A stretch of DNA of 64,000 nucleotides from Dehalococcoidia bacterium (GTDB taxonomy: Bacteria; Chloroflexota; Dehalococcoidia; Lucifugimonadales; GCA-2712585), in the NCBI GenBank assembly GCA_963665075.1, contig OY762063.1, forward strand, positions 145,040 to 209,039, given 5' to 3'. The position numbers and the translations under genes were made by a program. Numbering within the stretch: the first letter of the stretch is position 1; each line of letters opens with the position of its first letter. The notes under the pieces were generated by a model, which did not search any database, was not told the DNA's origin, and saw only the letters and a program-made list of their open reading frames with translations. Shown piece after piece: positions 11,795 through 20,884 of the stretch.

Positions 11795-14140
11795 TTAGCG
11801 GTTGGGGCGGCGGTATCCGCCGTAGCCGCCGCCACCTCCGCCACCTCCGCCGCCACGGCGGGGGCCGGAGCCGGGGCGGTCTCTGCGGGGGCCGCTGTTG
11901 CGTCCGGGACCGCCACGACGTGGGGGGCGTCCGCCGCCGCCGCCGCCGTAACCGCGTCCACCGCCACCACCGCCTCCGTAACCACGTCCGCCGCCACCGC
12001 CGCCGCCGTAACCACGACCGCCGCGGGGCGGGCCTCCGCGACGCCCTCCGTCGCGGGGGCCGAAAGATCGGGGCGCGGGGCTTTCTTCGCCAAAGAGGGC
12101 GCGGCGGGACAGGTTGATGCGGCCCAGGTGGTCTATCTCCTGAATCATCACCGTTATCTCCTGGTCCATCGCCACGCCGTTGTCCATAGAGGCCATCTCC
12201 TCCGTGCGAAGGAGACCGTCCTTGCCCGGCACCAGTTCGATGAAGGCGCCGAAGTTGGTCATTCTGACGACCTTGCCGGTGAAGATGTCGCCGACTTCGA
12301 GCTCGCGTGTCATGTTCTCGATGCGGGTGCGGGCCTTGCGGATGGCTTCCGAGTCGCTGGCTCCAATCATCACCGAGCCATCGTCTTCGATGTCCACAGT
12401 GGCGCCGGATTCCTCGATGATGGCGCGGATGTTGCGTCCGCCGGGGCCGATGACGGCGCCGATCTTCTCTACGGGGATGGTGATGCGCTCCATCTTGGGC
12501 GCGTACTCGCTGAGGGAAGTCCTGGGCGTCTGAATGGCCTCGGCCATCTTGTCGAGGATGTGCAACCGGCCGACCCTGGCCTGCTCCAGGGCGATTTGCA
12601 GGATTTCCTGGGTGAGGCCATGAATCTTGATGTCCATCTGAAGGGCGTTAATGCCCTTGGCGGTGCCCGCGACTTTGAAGTCCATGTCGCCGAGGAAGTC
12701 CTCGACGCCCTGAATGTCCGACAGGACGGCGTAGTTGCCGTCGTCGCCCATGATGAGACCCATAGCCACGCCGGCGACGGGACTTTTCATGGGCACGCCC
12801 GCGTCCATGAGGGCGAGGGAGCTGCCGCAGACGCTGGCCATCGAGGTGCTGCCGTTGGAACTGAGAACCTCCGAAACTACGCGGAGGGCGTAGGGGAAAT
12901 CCTCCTCGGAGGGGAGGGCCGGTTCGATGGCGCGCTCGGCGAGGGCGCCGTGGCCGATTTCGCGCCGTCCGGTGAACATGCGGCCCGTCTCGCCGACGGA
13001 ATAGGGCGGGAAGTTGTAGTGGTGCATGAACCGCTTGCTGTCCTGGGGGCTGAGGGTGTCGAGGGTCTGCTTCATGCCGATGGTGGCGAGGGTGGCGATG
13101 CTCAACACCTGGGTCTGGCCGCGGGTGAAGAGGCCCGTGCCGTGGGTGCGTGGCAAGACGCCAACCTCGGAGGAGATGGGGCGGATTTCGTGGGCGGCGC
13201 GTCCGTCGGGCCGGATGCCCTGCTCCAGAATTCGGGAGCGGACAACGTCCTTCATCATCGACTTGAAGATGCCGGAGATCTGCTTGGGGTCTTCGTCGTC
13301 GAGGGCGGCGAACAACTCGTCCTTCAACTGCTGCTCCGCGTCCTGCCTGCCGGCCTTGTCGGGGCTGGGAGCCAACGCCGCTTCCAGCCGCCCGTTGAGG
13401 ACGCCTTCCACGCGCCGCTTGAGGTCTGATTCGTCGGGGACAATCGGCGCGGGCATCTTGGGCTTGCCGACGGCCTGCACCATCTCGTCAATGAGGTCGA
13501 TTATCTCGTCGTTGGCATCCTGGGCGCGGCCTATGGCTTCGAGGGCCACCTCTTCCGACACCTCGTTGGCGCCCGCTTCCACCATGCCGATGGCGCCGCG
13601 AACGCCGGCGACGGCCACGTTCAGCGTGCTCTCTTCAATCTGCTCGAAGGTGGGGTTGACGATGTATTCGCCGTCCTTGTAGGCCACACGGCAGGCGCCG
13701 ACGGGGCCTTCGAAGGGGATGTCCGAAATGGACACGGCGGCGGAAGCACCGACGATGCCCAGCACGTCCGGGGGGTTCTCCTGGTCCGTGGACATGACGG
13801 TGAGGACGATTTGGAGGTCGTTGTGGAGACCCTTGGGGAACTGGGGGCGCATGGGCCTGTCCACCAGTCGGGCGGAAAGGACGGCCTCGGTGCCGGGCCG
13901 GCCTTCTCTGCGGAAGAAGCTGCCGGGGATCTTTCCGACGGCGTAGAGCTTCTCCTCGAACTCCACGGTCAGGGGAAGGAAGTCGATGTCCGGGCGGGAT
14001 CTGGAGGACATGACCGCCGTGGCGAGGACGACGGTGTCGCCGCAGGTCACCTTGACGGCGCCGTTGGCCTGGGAAGCGAGCTTGCCCGTTTGGAGGGTAA
14101 GCAGCTTGCCGCCTATGTTTCTCTGAAAAGTATGTTCCAT
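11795..14140 (-). CDS. pnp: polynucleotide phosphorylase with ~99-aa C-terminal Arg/Gly-rich extension
   Basis: Two RNase PH-like domains, then KH and S1 (GDIFTGKVVRMTNFGAFIEL). After the S1 domain the ORF continues as ...GRGYGGGGGGGRGYGGGGGGGRGYGGGGGG...GGGGGGGGGGYGGYRRPNR. Confidence 0.96.
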   Translation of the reverse strand: MEHTFQRNIGGKLLTLQTGKLASQANGAVKVTCGDTVVLATAVMSSRSRPDIDFLPLTVEFEEKLYAVGKIPGSFFRREGRPGTEAVLSARLVDRPMRPQFPKGLHNDLQIVLTVMSTDQENPPDVLGIVGASAAVSISDIPFEGPVGACRVAYKDGEYIVNPTFEQIEESTLNVAVAGVRGAIGMVEAGANEVSEEVALEAIGRAQDANDEIIDLIDEMVQAVGKPKMPAPIVPDESDLKRRVEGVLNGRLEAALAPSPDKAGRQDAEQQLKDELFAALDDEDPKQISGIFKSMMKDVVRSRILEQGIRPDGRAAHEIRPISSEVGVLPRTHGTGLFTRGQTQVLSIATLATIGMKQTLDTLSPQDSKRFMHHYNFPPYSVGETGRMFTGRREIGHGALAERAIEPALPSEEDFPYALRVVSEVLSSNGSTSMASVCGSSLALMDAGVPMKSPVAGVAMGLIMGDDGNYAVLSDIQGVEDFLGDMDFKVAGTAKGINALQMDIKIHGLTQEILQIALEQARVGRLHILDKMAEAIQTPRTSLSEYAPKMERITIPVEKIGAVIGPGGRNIRAIIEESGATVDIEDDGSVMIGASDSEAIRKARTRIENMTRELEVGDIFTGKVVRMTNFGAFIELVPGKDGLLRTEEMASMDNGVAMDQEITVMIQEIDHLGRINLSRRALFGEESPAPRSFGPRDGGRRGGPPRGGRGYGGGGGGGRGYGGGGGGGRGYGGGGGGRPPRRGGPGRNSGPRRDRPGSGPRRGGGGGGGGGGYGGYRRPNR

Positions 14141-14177
14141 TGCGATAAGTATCTAGTCCTTCTGAGGATAAAGAGGG

Positions 14178-14212
14178 GGGAATAAAAGGAAAAGCGCCCC
14201 GTTGGGACGCTT
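14178..14212 (-). terminator. hairpin plus T-tract between rpsO and pnp (attenuator/terminator or processing hairpin)
   Basis: The minus strand reads AAGCGTCCC-AAC-GGGGCGCTT, a 9-bp stem with one G-U pair, followed by TTCCTTTTATT. It begins within the rpsO stop codon. Confidence 0.55.
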
Positions 14213-14474
14213 ATCTGCGAAGGCCGAGCCTGGCGATGAGAGACCTGTATCGTGCCACGTTCTTGCGGGTGAGGTAGTTGAGCAGCTTTCTGCGCCGCCC
14301 AACGAGGCGCAACAGGCCCACCCGCGTGTGGGTGTCCTTCCGGTGAATCTTCAGGTGTTCGGTGAGTTCCTTGATTCTCCCCGTGAGGACGGCTACCTGA
14401 ACTTCAACTGAGCCGGTGTCCCCCGGGGACTGGGCGTATTCCGCCATGATGGCCGATTTGCTGTCTTTGTTCAC
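14211..14474 (-). CDS. rpsO: 30S ribosomal protein S15
   Basis: 87 aa: [51 protein letters not shown]. Classical position upstream of pnp. Confidence 0.97.
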   Translation of the reverse strand: MNKDSKSAIMAEYAQSPGDTGSVEVQVAVLTGRIKELTEHLKIHRKDTHTRVGLLRLVGRRRKLLNYLTRKNVARYRSLIARLGLRR

Positions 14475-14557
14475 GTACTCTTTCTATTCCCTCTTTCTCT
14501 TTTCAAGTGCGAATTATAACATAGACGGGGCAGGTTTCAAATACCGCAAATCAACCG

Positions 14558-15400
14558 TTGGTGGAGATTGAATTGACGCTGTACGTGGTGGCGACGCCGA
14601 TTGGGAACCTGGAGGACGTGACGCTGCGGGCGCTGCGCGCGCTGCGGGAGGCGAAGCTCATCGCCGCGGAGGATACGCGGACGACGCGGAAGCTGCTGGC
14701 GCGGTACGAAATCAGGACGCCGCTGTTGAGCTTTCACGAGCATAACCGGGTCCGGCAGACGCCGAGAATTCTTGATGCGTTGGCGGAGGGGGACGTGGCG
14801 TTGGTGAGCGACGCGGGGGTTCCGACGGTATCGGACCCCGGCGCGGAGTTGGTGCGGAAGGCGTTGGAGATGGGCGTCGAAGTCGCGCCTGTGCCGGGGC
14901 CGTCGGCGGTTACGGCGGCGCTTTCGGCGTCGGGGATGACGGCGGATCGGTTCACGTTCGTTGGGTTCTTGCCGCGTCGTCGGGGGGAAAGGCTGCGTTT
15001 GTTGGAGGATTTGGCAAGCGTCGAAATGACGTTGGTCGTCTTCGAAGCTCCCCATCGGCTCCGGAAGACGTTGGAGGATATGCTGGCGACTTGGGGCGAT
15101 AGGCGGATTACGGTTTGCAGGGAGTTGACGAAAAAGTTTGAGGAGGTTGTCGCGTGTCGCGTGTCGGAGGCGATTGCGCGATTCGACGAACCGAGGGGGG
15201 AGTTTACGTTGGTGGTGGAGGGGGCTGATGCGTCGGAGGAGGCGGGCTGGGAGCCGGAGCGGGTGCGGGAGGCGTTGGGGGAGTTGAAGCGTGAGGGCGT
15301 GAGGGCGAAGGAGGCGGTGAGGCGGGTGGTGGAGGCGTCGGGAGTGCGGCGGAGTTTGGTGTATCGGGAGTGGTTGAACCTGGATAGGGAGGCGTTGTAG
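14558..15400 (+). CDS. rsmI: 16S rRNA (cytidine1402-2'-O)-methyltransferase
   Basis: LYVVATPIGNLEDVTLRALRALREAKLIAAEDTRTTRKLL, a tetrapyrrole-methylase fold of RsmI type. TTG start at 14558; the exact start is uncertain. Confidence 0.9.
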   Translation: MVEIELTLYVVATPIGNLEDVTLRALRALREAKLIAAEDTRTTRKLLARYEIRTPLLSFHEHNRVRQTPRILDALAEGDVALVSDAGVPTVSDPGAELVRKALEMGVEVAPVPGPSAVTAALSASGMTADRFTFVGFLPRRRGERLRLLEDLASVEMTLVVFEAPHRLRKTLEDMLATWGDRRITVCRELTKKFEEVVACRVSEAIARFDEPRGEFTLVVEGADASEEAGWEPERVREALGELKREGVRAKEAVRRVVEASGVRRSLVYREWLNLDREAL

Positions 15401-15421
15401 CTGCCTCGCACCACAGCATTT

Positions 15422-15543
15422 GAGACCTTTGCATAACTCCCTATTCATCCGAACATTCTATCAAAGAAACAACGCATCTATACTAAAACAGGCCCACCCC
15501 TGGATTCCCGTTTTCACGGGAATGACGGTTATGCAAAGGTAGG
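15422..15543 (+). mobile_element. MITE-like element bounded by inverted D modules, with one A hairpin inside
   Basis: Left end ACCTTTGCATAAC (15425-15437) and right end GTTATGCAAAGGT (15528-15540) form a perfect 13-bp inverted repeat. The interior carries GGATTCCCGT-TTTC-ACGGGAATGACGG (15502-15527). Confidence 0.6.
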
Positions 15544-15657
15544 CGTACCGAAAGCGGGCGGAAATGTGCTAAACTTGTTGCCGAAATGCGGCGGCGCTTA
15601 GGTGCGTTGGCGCGGTTTGTTTTGAAAATGCATCGTAGGAGGAACGGCTGAGGGCCT

Positions 15658-17331
15658 ATGCCGGAGCGGATTTTCATAGCGGTGGCCTGGCCCTACGCCA
15701 ACGGTTCCCTGCACCTTGGGCAGATTGCGGGTTGCTACCTGCCGGCGGACATCTTCGCCCGGTATCATCGCATGAAGGGCAACCGGATCATCATGGTTTC
15801 GGGCAGCGACCAGCACGGGACGCCCATAACCATTCGCGCCGACAGGGAGGGCGTCTCGCCGAGGGAGATTGTTGACCGGTTTCACGCCGAGTTTCTGGAA
15901 AGTTGGCGTCGGTTGGGCATCAGCTTCGACCTGTTCACCACCACGGGCACGGAGAATCACGCCCAGGTGGTGCAGCGGCTTTTCCTGACGCTTCTGGAGA
16001 AGGGGTATATATATAAGGATACGATGCTGCTTCCTTATTCCGCCGAGCAGGACAGGTTTCTGCCGGACAGGTACGTGGAGGGGACGTGTCCGTTCTGCGG
16101 CGACCCAGGGGCGCGGGGGGACCAGTGCGACGCCTGCGGTCGGACGCTGAATCCGACGGATCTTATCGAACCTCGAAGCGCCATCGGGGGATCAATTCTG
16201 GAGTTTCGGGAGTCGGAGCACTTCTTCCTGAAGCTGACGGCCTTCCAGGAGCCGCTGCTGGAGTGGGTGAAGCGGCAGAGCCATTGGCGTCCCAACGTGT
16301 TGAACTTCACCCGGCGATACCTGGAGGATGGGTTGAAGGACCGGGCCATCACCCGCGACATAGGTTGGGGCATCAAGATTCCGCTGGAAGGCTACGAAAG
16401 CAAGCGCATCTACGTGTGGTTCGAGGCGGTGACGGGGTATTTATCGGCGTCCATAGAGTGGGCGCAGCGACAGGGGGAACCGTCGGCATGGGAGCCTTTC
16501 TTCCGCGATTCTGAAACTCGCGGCTACTATTTCATAGGCAAGGACAACATCCCCTTCCACACGATAATCTGGCCCGCGATGCTGATGGGCGACGGCAGCC
16601 TGATGCGCCCCTACGACGTGCCCGCCAACGAGTTTCTGAACATGGAGGACGCGAAGATTTCCACCAGCCGCAACTGGGCCGTCTGGCTGCCGGACTATCT
16701 GGACAGGTTCGAGCCGGACCCGCTGCGGTACGTGCTTTCGGCGATTATGCCGGAGAGCAGCGATTCGAACTTTTCGTGGCACGACTTCGTGAGGCGGAAC
16801 AATCAGGAGCTTGTGGCGACTTATGGGAATCTGGTGCATCGGGTGTTGACGATGACCCATCGAAACTTCAAGGGAATCTTCCCGGAACCGGGGGAGTTGT
16901 ACGCCGAGGATACGGAGATGATGGACAGGATTCCGGCGGCTTTGGATGAGGCGTCCAAGCATCTGGAAGCCTGCCGGTTCCGGCAGGCGCTGTCGGTGGC
17001 AATGGGTTTGGCGCAGGCGGCGAACCGATACCTGGACGTGAAGGAGCCGTGGCGCACCCGTAAGACGGATTTGGAGAGAACGGCGACCACGCTATGGGCG
17101 TGTCTGAACGTGCTTTCGTGTCTGCGGACTATTACGTATCCTTTCCTGCCCTTCAGCGCCCAACGGCTGCACGAAATGCTTGGCTACGAGGGGAACGTGC
17201 AGGACTCAGGTTGGAAGCTGGGCGAAATTCCGGTGGGCAAGTCGTTCGACAAGCCGAAGCATCTCTTCAGCAAGCTGGACGAATCGGTGGCTGAGGAGGA
17301 GCAGGAACGATTACGGGCGGCGGCGGGTTAG
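15658..17331 (+). CDS. metG: methionyl-tRNA synthetase
   Basis: WPYANGSLHLGQIAG (HIGH-type), zinc knuckle CPFCGDPGARGDQCDACG, and KISTSRN (KMSKS-type). Confidence 0.95.
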   Translation: MPERIFIAVAWPYANGSLHLGQIAGCYLPADIFARYHRMKGNRIIMVSGSDQHGTPITIRADREGVSPREIVDRFHAEFLESWRRLGISFDLFTTTGTENHAQVVQRLFLTLLEKGYIYKDTMLLPYSAEQDRFLPDRYVEGTCPFCGDPGARGDQCDACGRTLNPTDLIEPRSAIGGSILEFRESEHFFLKLTAFQEPLLEWVKRQSHWRPNVLNFTRRYLEDGLKDRAITRDIGWGIKIPLEGYESKRIYVWFEAVTGYLSASIEWAQRQGEPSAWEPFFRDSETRGYYFIGKDNIPFHTIIWPAMLMGDGSLMRPYDVPANEFLNMEDAKISTSRNWAVWLPDYLDRFEPDPLRYVLSAIMPESSDSNFSWHDFVRRNNQELVATYGNLVHRVLTMTHRNFKGIFPEPGELYAEDTEMMDRIPAALDEASKHLEACRFRQALSVAMGLAQAANRYLDVKEPWRTRKTDLERTATTLWACLNVLSCLRTITYPFLPFSAQRLHEMLGYEGNVQDSGWKLGEIPVGKSFDKPKHLFSKLDESVAEEEQERLRAAAG

Positions 17332-17339
17332 GAGAATTC

Positions 17340-18323
17340 GTGCTCAAGAGCTTGGACATGAAGGCGGCGCAGATTTATCTGCCCATCAGGGGCGAACTGC
17401 TTCAGGTTAAGGAGAATCTGAAGGGCATGAGGCGAGGGCAGGACGAGCACATGACGCCGCTGCTTTCGCACCTCTTCAATCGAGGGGGCAAGGGAATGCG
17501 GCCCGCCGTGACGCTGCTGGCGTCGGGATTGTACGGGAAGGAAGCGCCGGCGGCGGTTACGATGGCGACCGCCGTCGAATTGCTGCACATCGCCACGCTG
17601 ATTCACGACGACACCATCGACAACTCGTTGACCCGCCGGGGAATGGACACCATCAGCAGCCGGTGGGACGAAAACGTGGCGATTCTGCTGGGCGACTACG
17701 TCTTCGCCGCCTCCGCGACTTTCGTTTGCGACACGAACAACATCCGGGTGATTCGTCGCTTTTCGGAGACGATTATGGACCTTTCCAGCGGGGAGTTGAT
17801 GGAGTATTTCAACGGGCACAACGCGGAGCAGTCGCGTCAGCTTTATGAGGACAGGATATATAGGAAGACGGCGTCGCTGTTTCGCACCGCCGCCGAGTCC
17901 GGGGCTATTCTGGGCGGCGCGCCCGAGGAGGGGATCAAGGCGCTTTCCGACTACGGCTACAACATCGGGATGGCGTTTCAGATTGTGGACGACATTCTGG
18001 ACGTGAGCGGCGACGCGGAGGAGATTGGCAAGCCGGTGGGGAACGATTTGCTGCAGGGGGTGTTGACGCTTCCCAGCATCAAGCTGCTGGAGCGGCATCC
18101 GACGGACAACCCCGTTCGCGCCTTCTTCGCCGATCGGTCGGATAAGTCTCACCTTCAGAAGAGTCTGAAGATGATGCAGGAATCGGACATTCTGGAGGAG
18201 TGCCACGCCGAGGCGGAGGAATACTGCGGGAAGGCGCTTCGGATACTTGAGGGTTTGCCTGAGTCACCGTCCAGGGAATCGTTGAGCATATTGGCTGCCT
18301 ACGTTACGAAGCGGCAACGCTGA
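17340..18323 (+). CDS. trans-polyprenyl diphosphate synthase (long-chain, IspB/HepT-like) with canonical motifs
   Basis: First Asp-rich motif LIHDDTIDNSLTRRG and second motif FQIVDDILDVSGD are both intact. ATG at 17358 is an alternative start. Confidence 0.88.
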   Translation: MLKSLDMKAAQIYLPIRGELLQVKENLKGMRRGQDEHMTPLLSHLFNRGGKGMRPAVTLLASGLYGKEAPAAVTMATAVELLHIATLIHDDTIDNSLTRRGMDTISSRWDENVAILLGDYVFAASATFVCDTNNIRVIRRFSETIMDLSSGELMEYFNGHNAEQSRQLYEDRIYRKTASLFRTAAESGAILGGAPEEGIKALSDYGYNIGMAFQIVDDILDVSGDAEEIGKPVGNDLLQGVLTLPSIKLLERHPTDNPVRAFFADRSDKSHLQKSLKMMQESDILEECHAEAEEYCGKALRILEGLPESPSRESLSILAAYVTKRQR

Positions 18324-18332
18324 ATCGGCGGT

Positions 18333-19874
18333 TTACGCCTCCCAGACAACCTGCCCGTCGATCATAGTCATCGCAACCTTAATGTTGCCTATCTGCTCCG
18401 GCGGCGTTTGCATTGGGTCGCCATCCAATAAAACAAGGTCGGCGCGCTTTCCCGGACTGATTGAGCCGAGCATTTCTTCCTGAAAGGTTGAGCGGGCGGC
18501 TTCTATGGTCCATGCCTTGAGGGCTTGGACGAGGGAAACGGCCTGATTGGGGCCGATGGCGCGTCCGTCGGACGTTTGGCGGGTGACGGCGGCCTGGACG
18601 TGGAGCAGGGGGTCTGGGGGAGTAACGGGGGCGTCGGAACCGGCGGCCCAGGGGATTCCGTGGGAAGTCAGGCCCGCCAGAGGGTAGAGGTGGGGGAGAA
18701 GGCCGGGGTCTACCGCGGATAGGTATTTTGCGCCGTGGTGGTGGACGAAGCCGGGTTGGGTGACTACAGTTGCGCCGCTATCCTTCATCAGCCGGAGGAT
18801 TTCGGGGGGCGCTTCGGCGCAGTGCTCGATGCGGTGGCGGGGGTCTTGACGGGGGTGGGCGCTTCGGGCGTGGGCGATGGCTTGGGCGGCGGCTATGACG
18901 GCTTCCGCTTCTATGGCGTGGAAGGCGAGTTGGCGGCCTTGGCGGTTGTGGTGCATGGCGATTTCCGCCAGTTCATTGGAGGTTGGGTGGAGGGCGCCGG
19001 TGGTGGAGGTGACCATTACCTTGACCGCGCCTATGCGAGGTTGGGCGGGTTGATTATGTAAAGTTTGCGTGTTAACGGCGTCGGCGTGGTTCAGGCCCGT
19101 CATCATGGTGATTCGGGGGGTTAGGGCACCGTCGTTTTTCAGACGACGGAAGGTGCGCCATTGTTCCAAGCCGTTGCCCGCCCCGGCGTCCTGGATGGAT
19201 GTTATGCCTTTGGAGAGCAGAAGGTTGTTGGCTTTGCGGACGTCCTTCTCAAATTCGGCTTCCCTTCGGAAGGGGCGCATCATCCGTCCAATCTCCGACG
19301 TCATCTCAAGGAAGACGCCGGAGGGCGAACCTGCTTCGTCACGCAACGCAACGCCATGAGGAGGGGGTTGGAAGTTTGGGTGGATGTCCAGAAGCTTCAT
19401 GGCGGCGGTATTCAGGACGGTGGCGTGGCCTGTGCGGTGGTCGAGGCGGACGGGATGGTTCGGCGCGGCGCGGTCCAGGTCGGCGGCGGTGGGGTGGCGG
19501 AGTTCTGTTAGTAGAGATTCGTCGTAGCCGTAGGCGCGTATCCACTCGCCTGGGGAAGTGCGGCGGGCTTGTTGGGAGATTCGGGAGACGAGGGCGGGGA
19601 TGTCGGGGGCTTTGTCCGGGTTGCAATCCGGTTGGGCGAGGCGGGAAGCGAGGGAGAGGATGTGGCAGTGGGCGTCGTGGAAGCCTGGGATCAGCGTCAT
19701 GCCGTGGCAGTTTCGTCGGCGTGTTGTCGGGCTTGAGAGGGGGGCTAAATCTTCCGTGGAGCCGACGGCGATGATGCGACCATTCTTGACGGCGACGGCG
19801 GACGCGCGGGGTTGGGCGGGTTCGAGGGGCAGGACGCGGGCGTTGAGGAGGAGGAGGTCGGCTTTGGGGGACAT
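18333..19874 (-). CDS. metal-dependent amidohydrolase (YtcJ-like, amidohydrolase_3)
   Basis: LIPGFHDAHCHIL metal-binding HxH motif, C-terminal GSISPGKRADLVLLD and 513-aa length fit this family. The substrate is unknown. Confidence 0.8.
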   Translation of the reverse strand: MSPKADLLLLNARVLPLEPAQPRASAVAVKNGRIIAVGSTEDLAPLSSPTTRRRNCHGMTLIPGFHDAHCHILSLASRLAQPDCNPDKAPDIPALVSRISQQARRTSPGEWIRAYGYDESLLTELRHPTAADLDRAAPNHPVRLDHRTGHATVLNTAAMKLLDIHPNFQPPPHGVALRDEAGSPSGVFLEMTSEIGRMMRPFRREAEFEKDVRKANNLLLSKGITSIQDAGAGNGLEQWRTFRRLKNDGALTPRITMMTGLNHADAVNTQTLHNQPAQPRIGAVKVMVTSTTGALHPTSNELAEIAMHHNRQGRQLAFHAIEAEAVIAAAQAIAHARSAHPRQDPRHRIEHCAEAPPEILRLMKDSGATVVTQPGFVHHHGAKYLSAVDPGLLPHLYPLAGLTSHGIPWAAGSDAPVTPPDPLLHVQAAVTRQTSDGRAIGPNQAVSLVQALKAWTIEAARSTFQEEMLGSISPGKRADLVLLDGDPMQTPPEQIGNIKVAMTMIDGQVVWEA

Positions 19875-20256
19875 GGTTTGTGGGGTGGCCTCGTAGATGA
19901 AGGAAAGATTGGGATTCAGGGGAGATTATATTGGAAACAGCCTTGGTGCGTCTGCGGGGAGTCACCCCCCACCCCCACTTTCCCGAGGGCAGGCTTTAAG
20001 CTTCCCCGTCAAAAGGGGAAGGGAGAAGATGGATTCCCGCCTTCGCGGGAATGACGAGGAGGGGTTGCGGGGGTGACGGTTATGCAAAGGTCTCCGTGAT
20101 GGGGGAAGGGAAAAGAGGGGGCATGGTTTGTGGGGTGGTCTCGTAGATGAAGGAAAGATTGGGGTCCAGGGGAGATTATATTGGAAACAGCCTTGGTGCG
20201 TCTGCGGGGAGTCACCCCCATCCCCCACTTTCCCGAGGGCAGGCTTAAAGCTTCCC
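19872..20256 (+). repeat. 135-bp direct repeat (19872-20006 and 20122-20256, period 250 bp) containing the amidohydrolase start codon and upstream region
   Basis: By-eye alignment: CATGGTTTGTGGGGTGG(C/T)CTCGTAGATGAAGGAAAGATTGG...GGAGATTATATTGGAAACAGCCTTGGTGCGTCTGCGGGGAGTCACCCCC...AGCTTCCC, with about 6 differences in 135. Confidence 0.85.
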
Positions 20257-20515
20257 TCATGTATGGAGAGCTATGCGTAACTGCCAAATGCGTCATCCAC
20301 CCCACCCGAATCACCCCCATCTCAATCTTCCCCCGTCAAGGGGGAAGAGGTAAGATGGATTCCCGCCTGCGCGGGAATGACGGAGGGGTGGCGGGAATGA
20401 CGAGGAGGGGTTGCGGGGGTGACGGTTATGCAAAGGTCTCCGTCAAGGGGGGAGGGAAAAGAGGGGCGCTGGCCCTTCGACAAGCTCAGGACAGGCTCAG
20501 GGTGAGCGCAAGGGG
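19960..20515 (+). repeat. intergenic repeat cluster (B-variant, A, D; B-variant; then a full D-inv/B/A/D composite; C)
   Basis: A hairpins at ~20030 and ~20357, D at 20077-20097 and 20424-20441, B at 20311-20355, C at 20466-20510. Confidence 0.85.
20265..20441 (+). mobile_element. 177-bp MITE-like composite (inverted D ends enclosing B and A modules)
   Basis: Left end GGAGAGCTATGCGTAAC (20265-20281) against the reverse complement of the right end GTTATGCAAAGGTCTCC (20425-20441) matches at 14/17. The internal left arm TGCCAAATGCGTCATCC...GAATCACCCCC is homologous to 63736-63762. Confidence 0.55.
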
Positions 20516-20518
20516 GGG

Positions 20519-20845
20519 TTAGGGGTCGGGGGCGGTTTCGATGAAGATTTTGACGGCGTGCCAGACGAACATTTCCGGGGTGAGGCTGAGTTCCTTCGAC
20601 AGGTCCTTCACCTGCTGGGCGAGGGGGCCGGTGAGGGAGAAGGTGACGCTCTTTTCGTCTTCGGCCCAGAGGAGAAGGGTGCGGAGGGACTCCAAGCCGA
20701 GTTGCGCCACAACCTCAGCGTTTTCGTCGGATTCCAGGGGGCGACGATGGAGGGTTACGGTTGTGCCGTCGCTTTCGGCCCAGTAGGAAAAATGGTCGTC
20801 GACGCCGATGGCGAAGGAAGGTTTGGGGGCTGGACAGGCTGTCAA
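20519..20845 (-). CDS. hypothetical small protein (108 aa), possible C-terminal ribbon-helix-helix-like segment
   Basis: Isolated ORF between two repeat clusters. The C-terminus SVTFSLTGPLAQQVKDLSKELSLTPEMFVWHAVKIFIE has a strand-helix-turn-helix pattern. No family recognised. Confidence 0.45.
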   Translation of the reverse strand: MTACPAPKPSFAIGVDDHFSYWAESDGTTVTLHRRPLESDENAEVVAQLGLESLRTLLLWAEDEKSVTFSLTGPLAQQVKDLSKELSLTPEMFVWHAVKIFIETAPDP

Positions 20846-20884
20846 TGTAGGCGGCGCCTTTCTGGTGATTCAGGTGGAAGGTAG

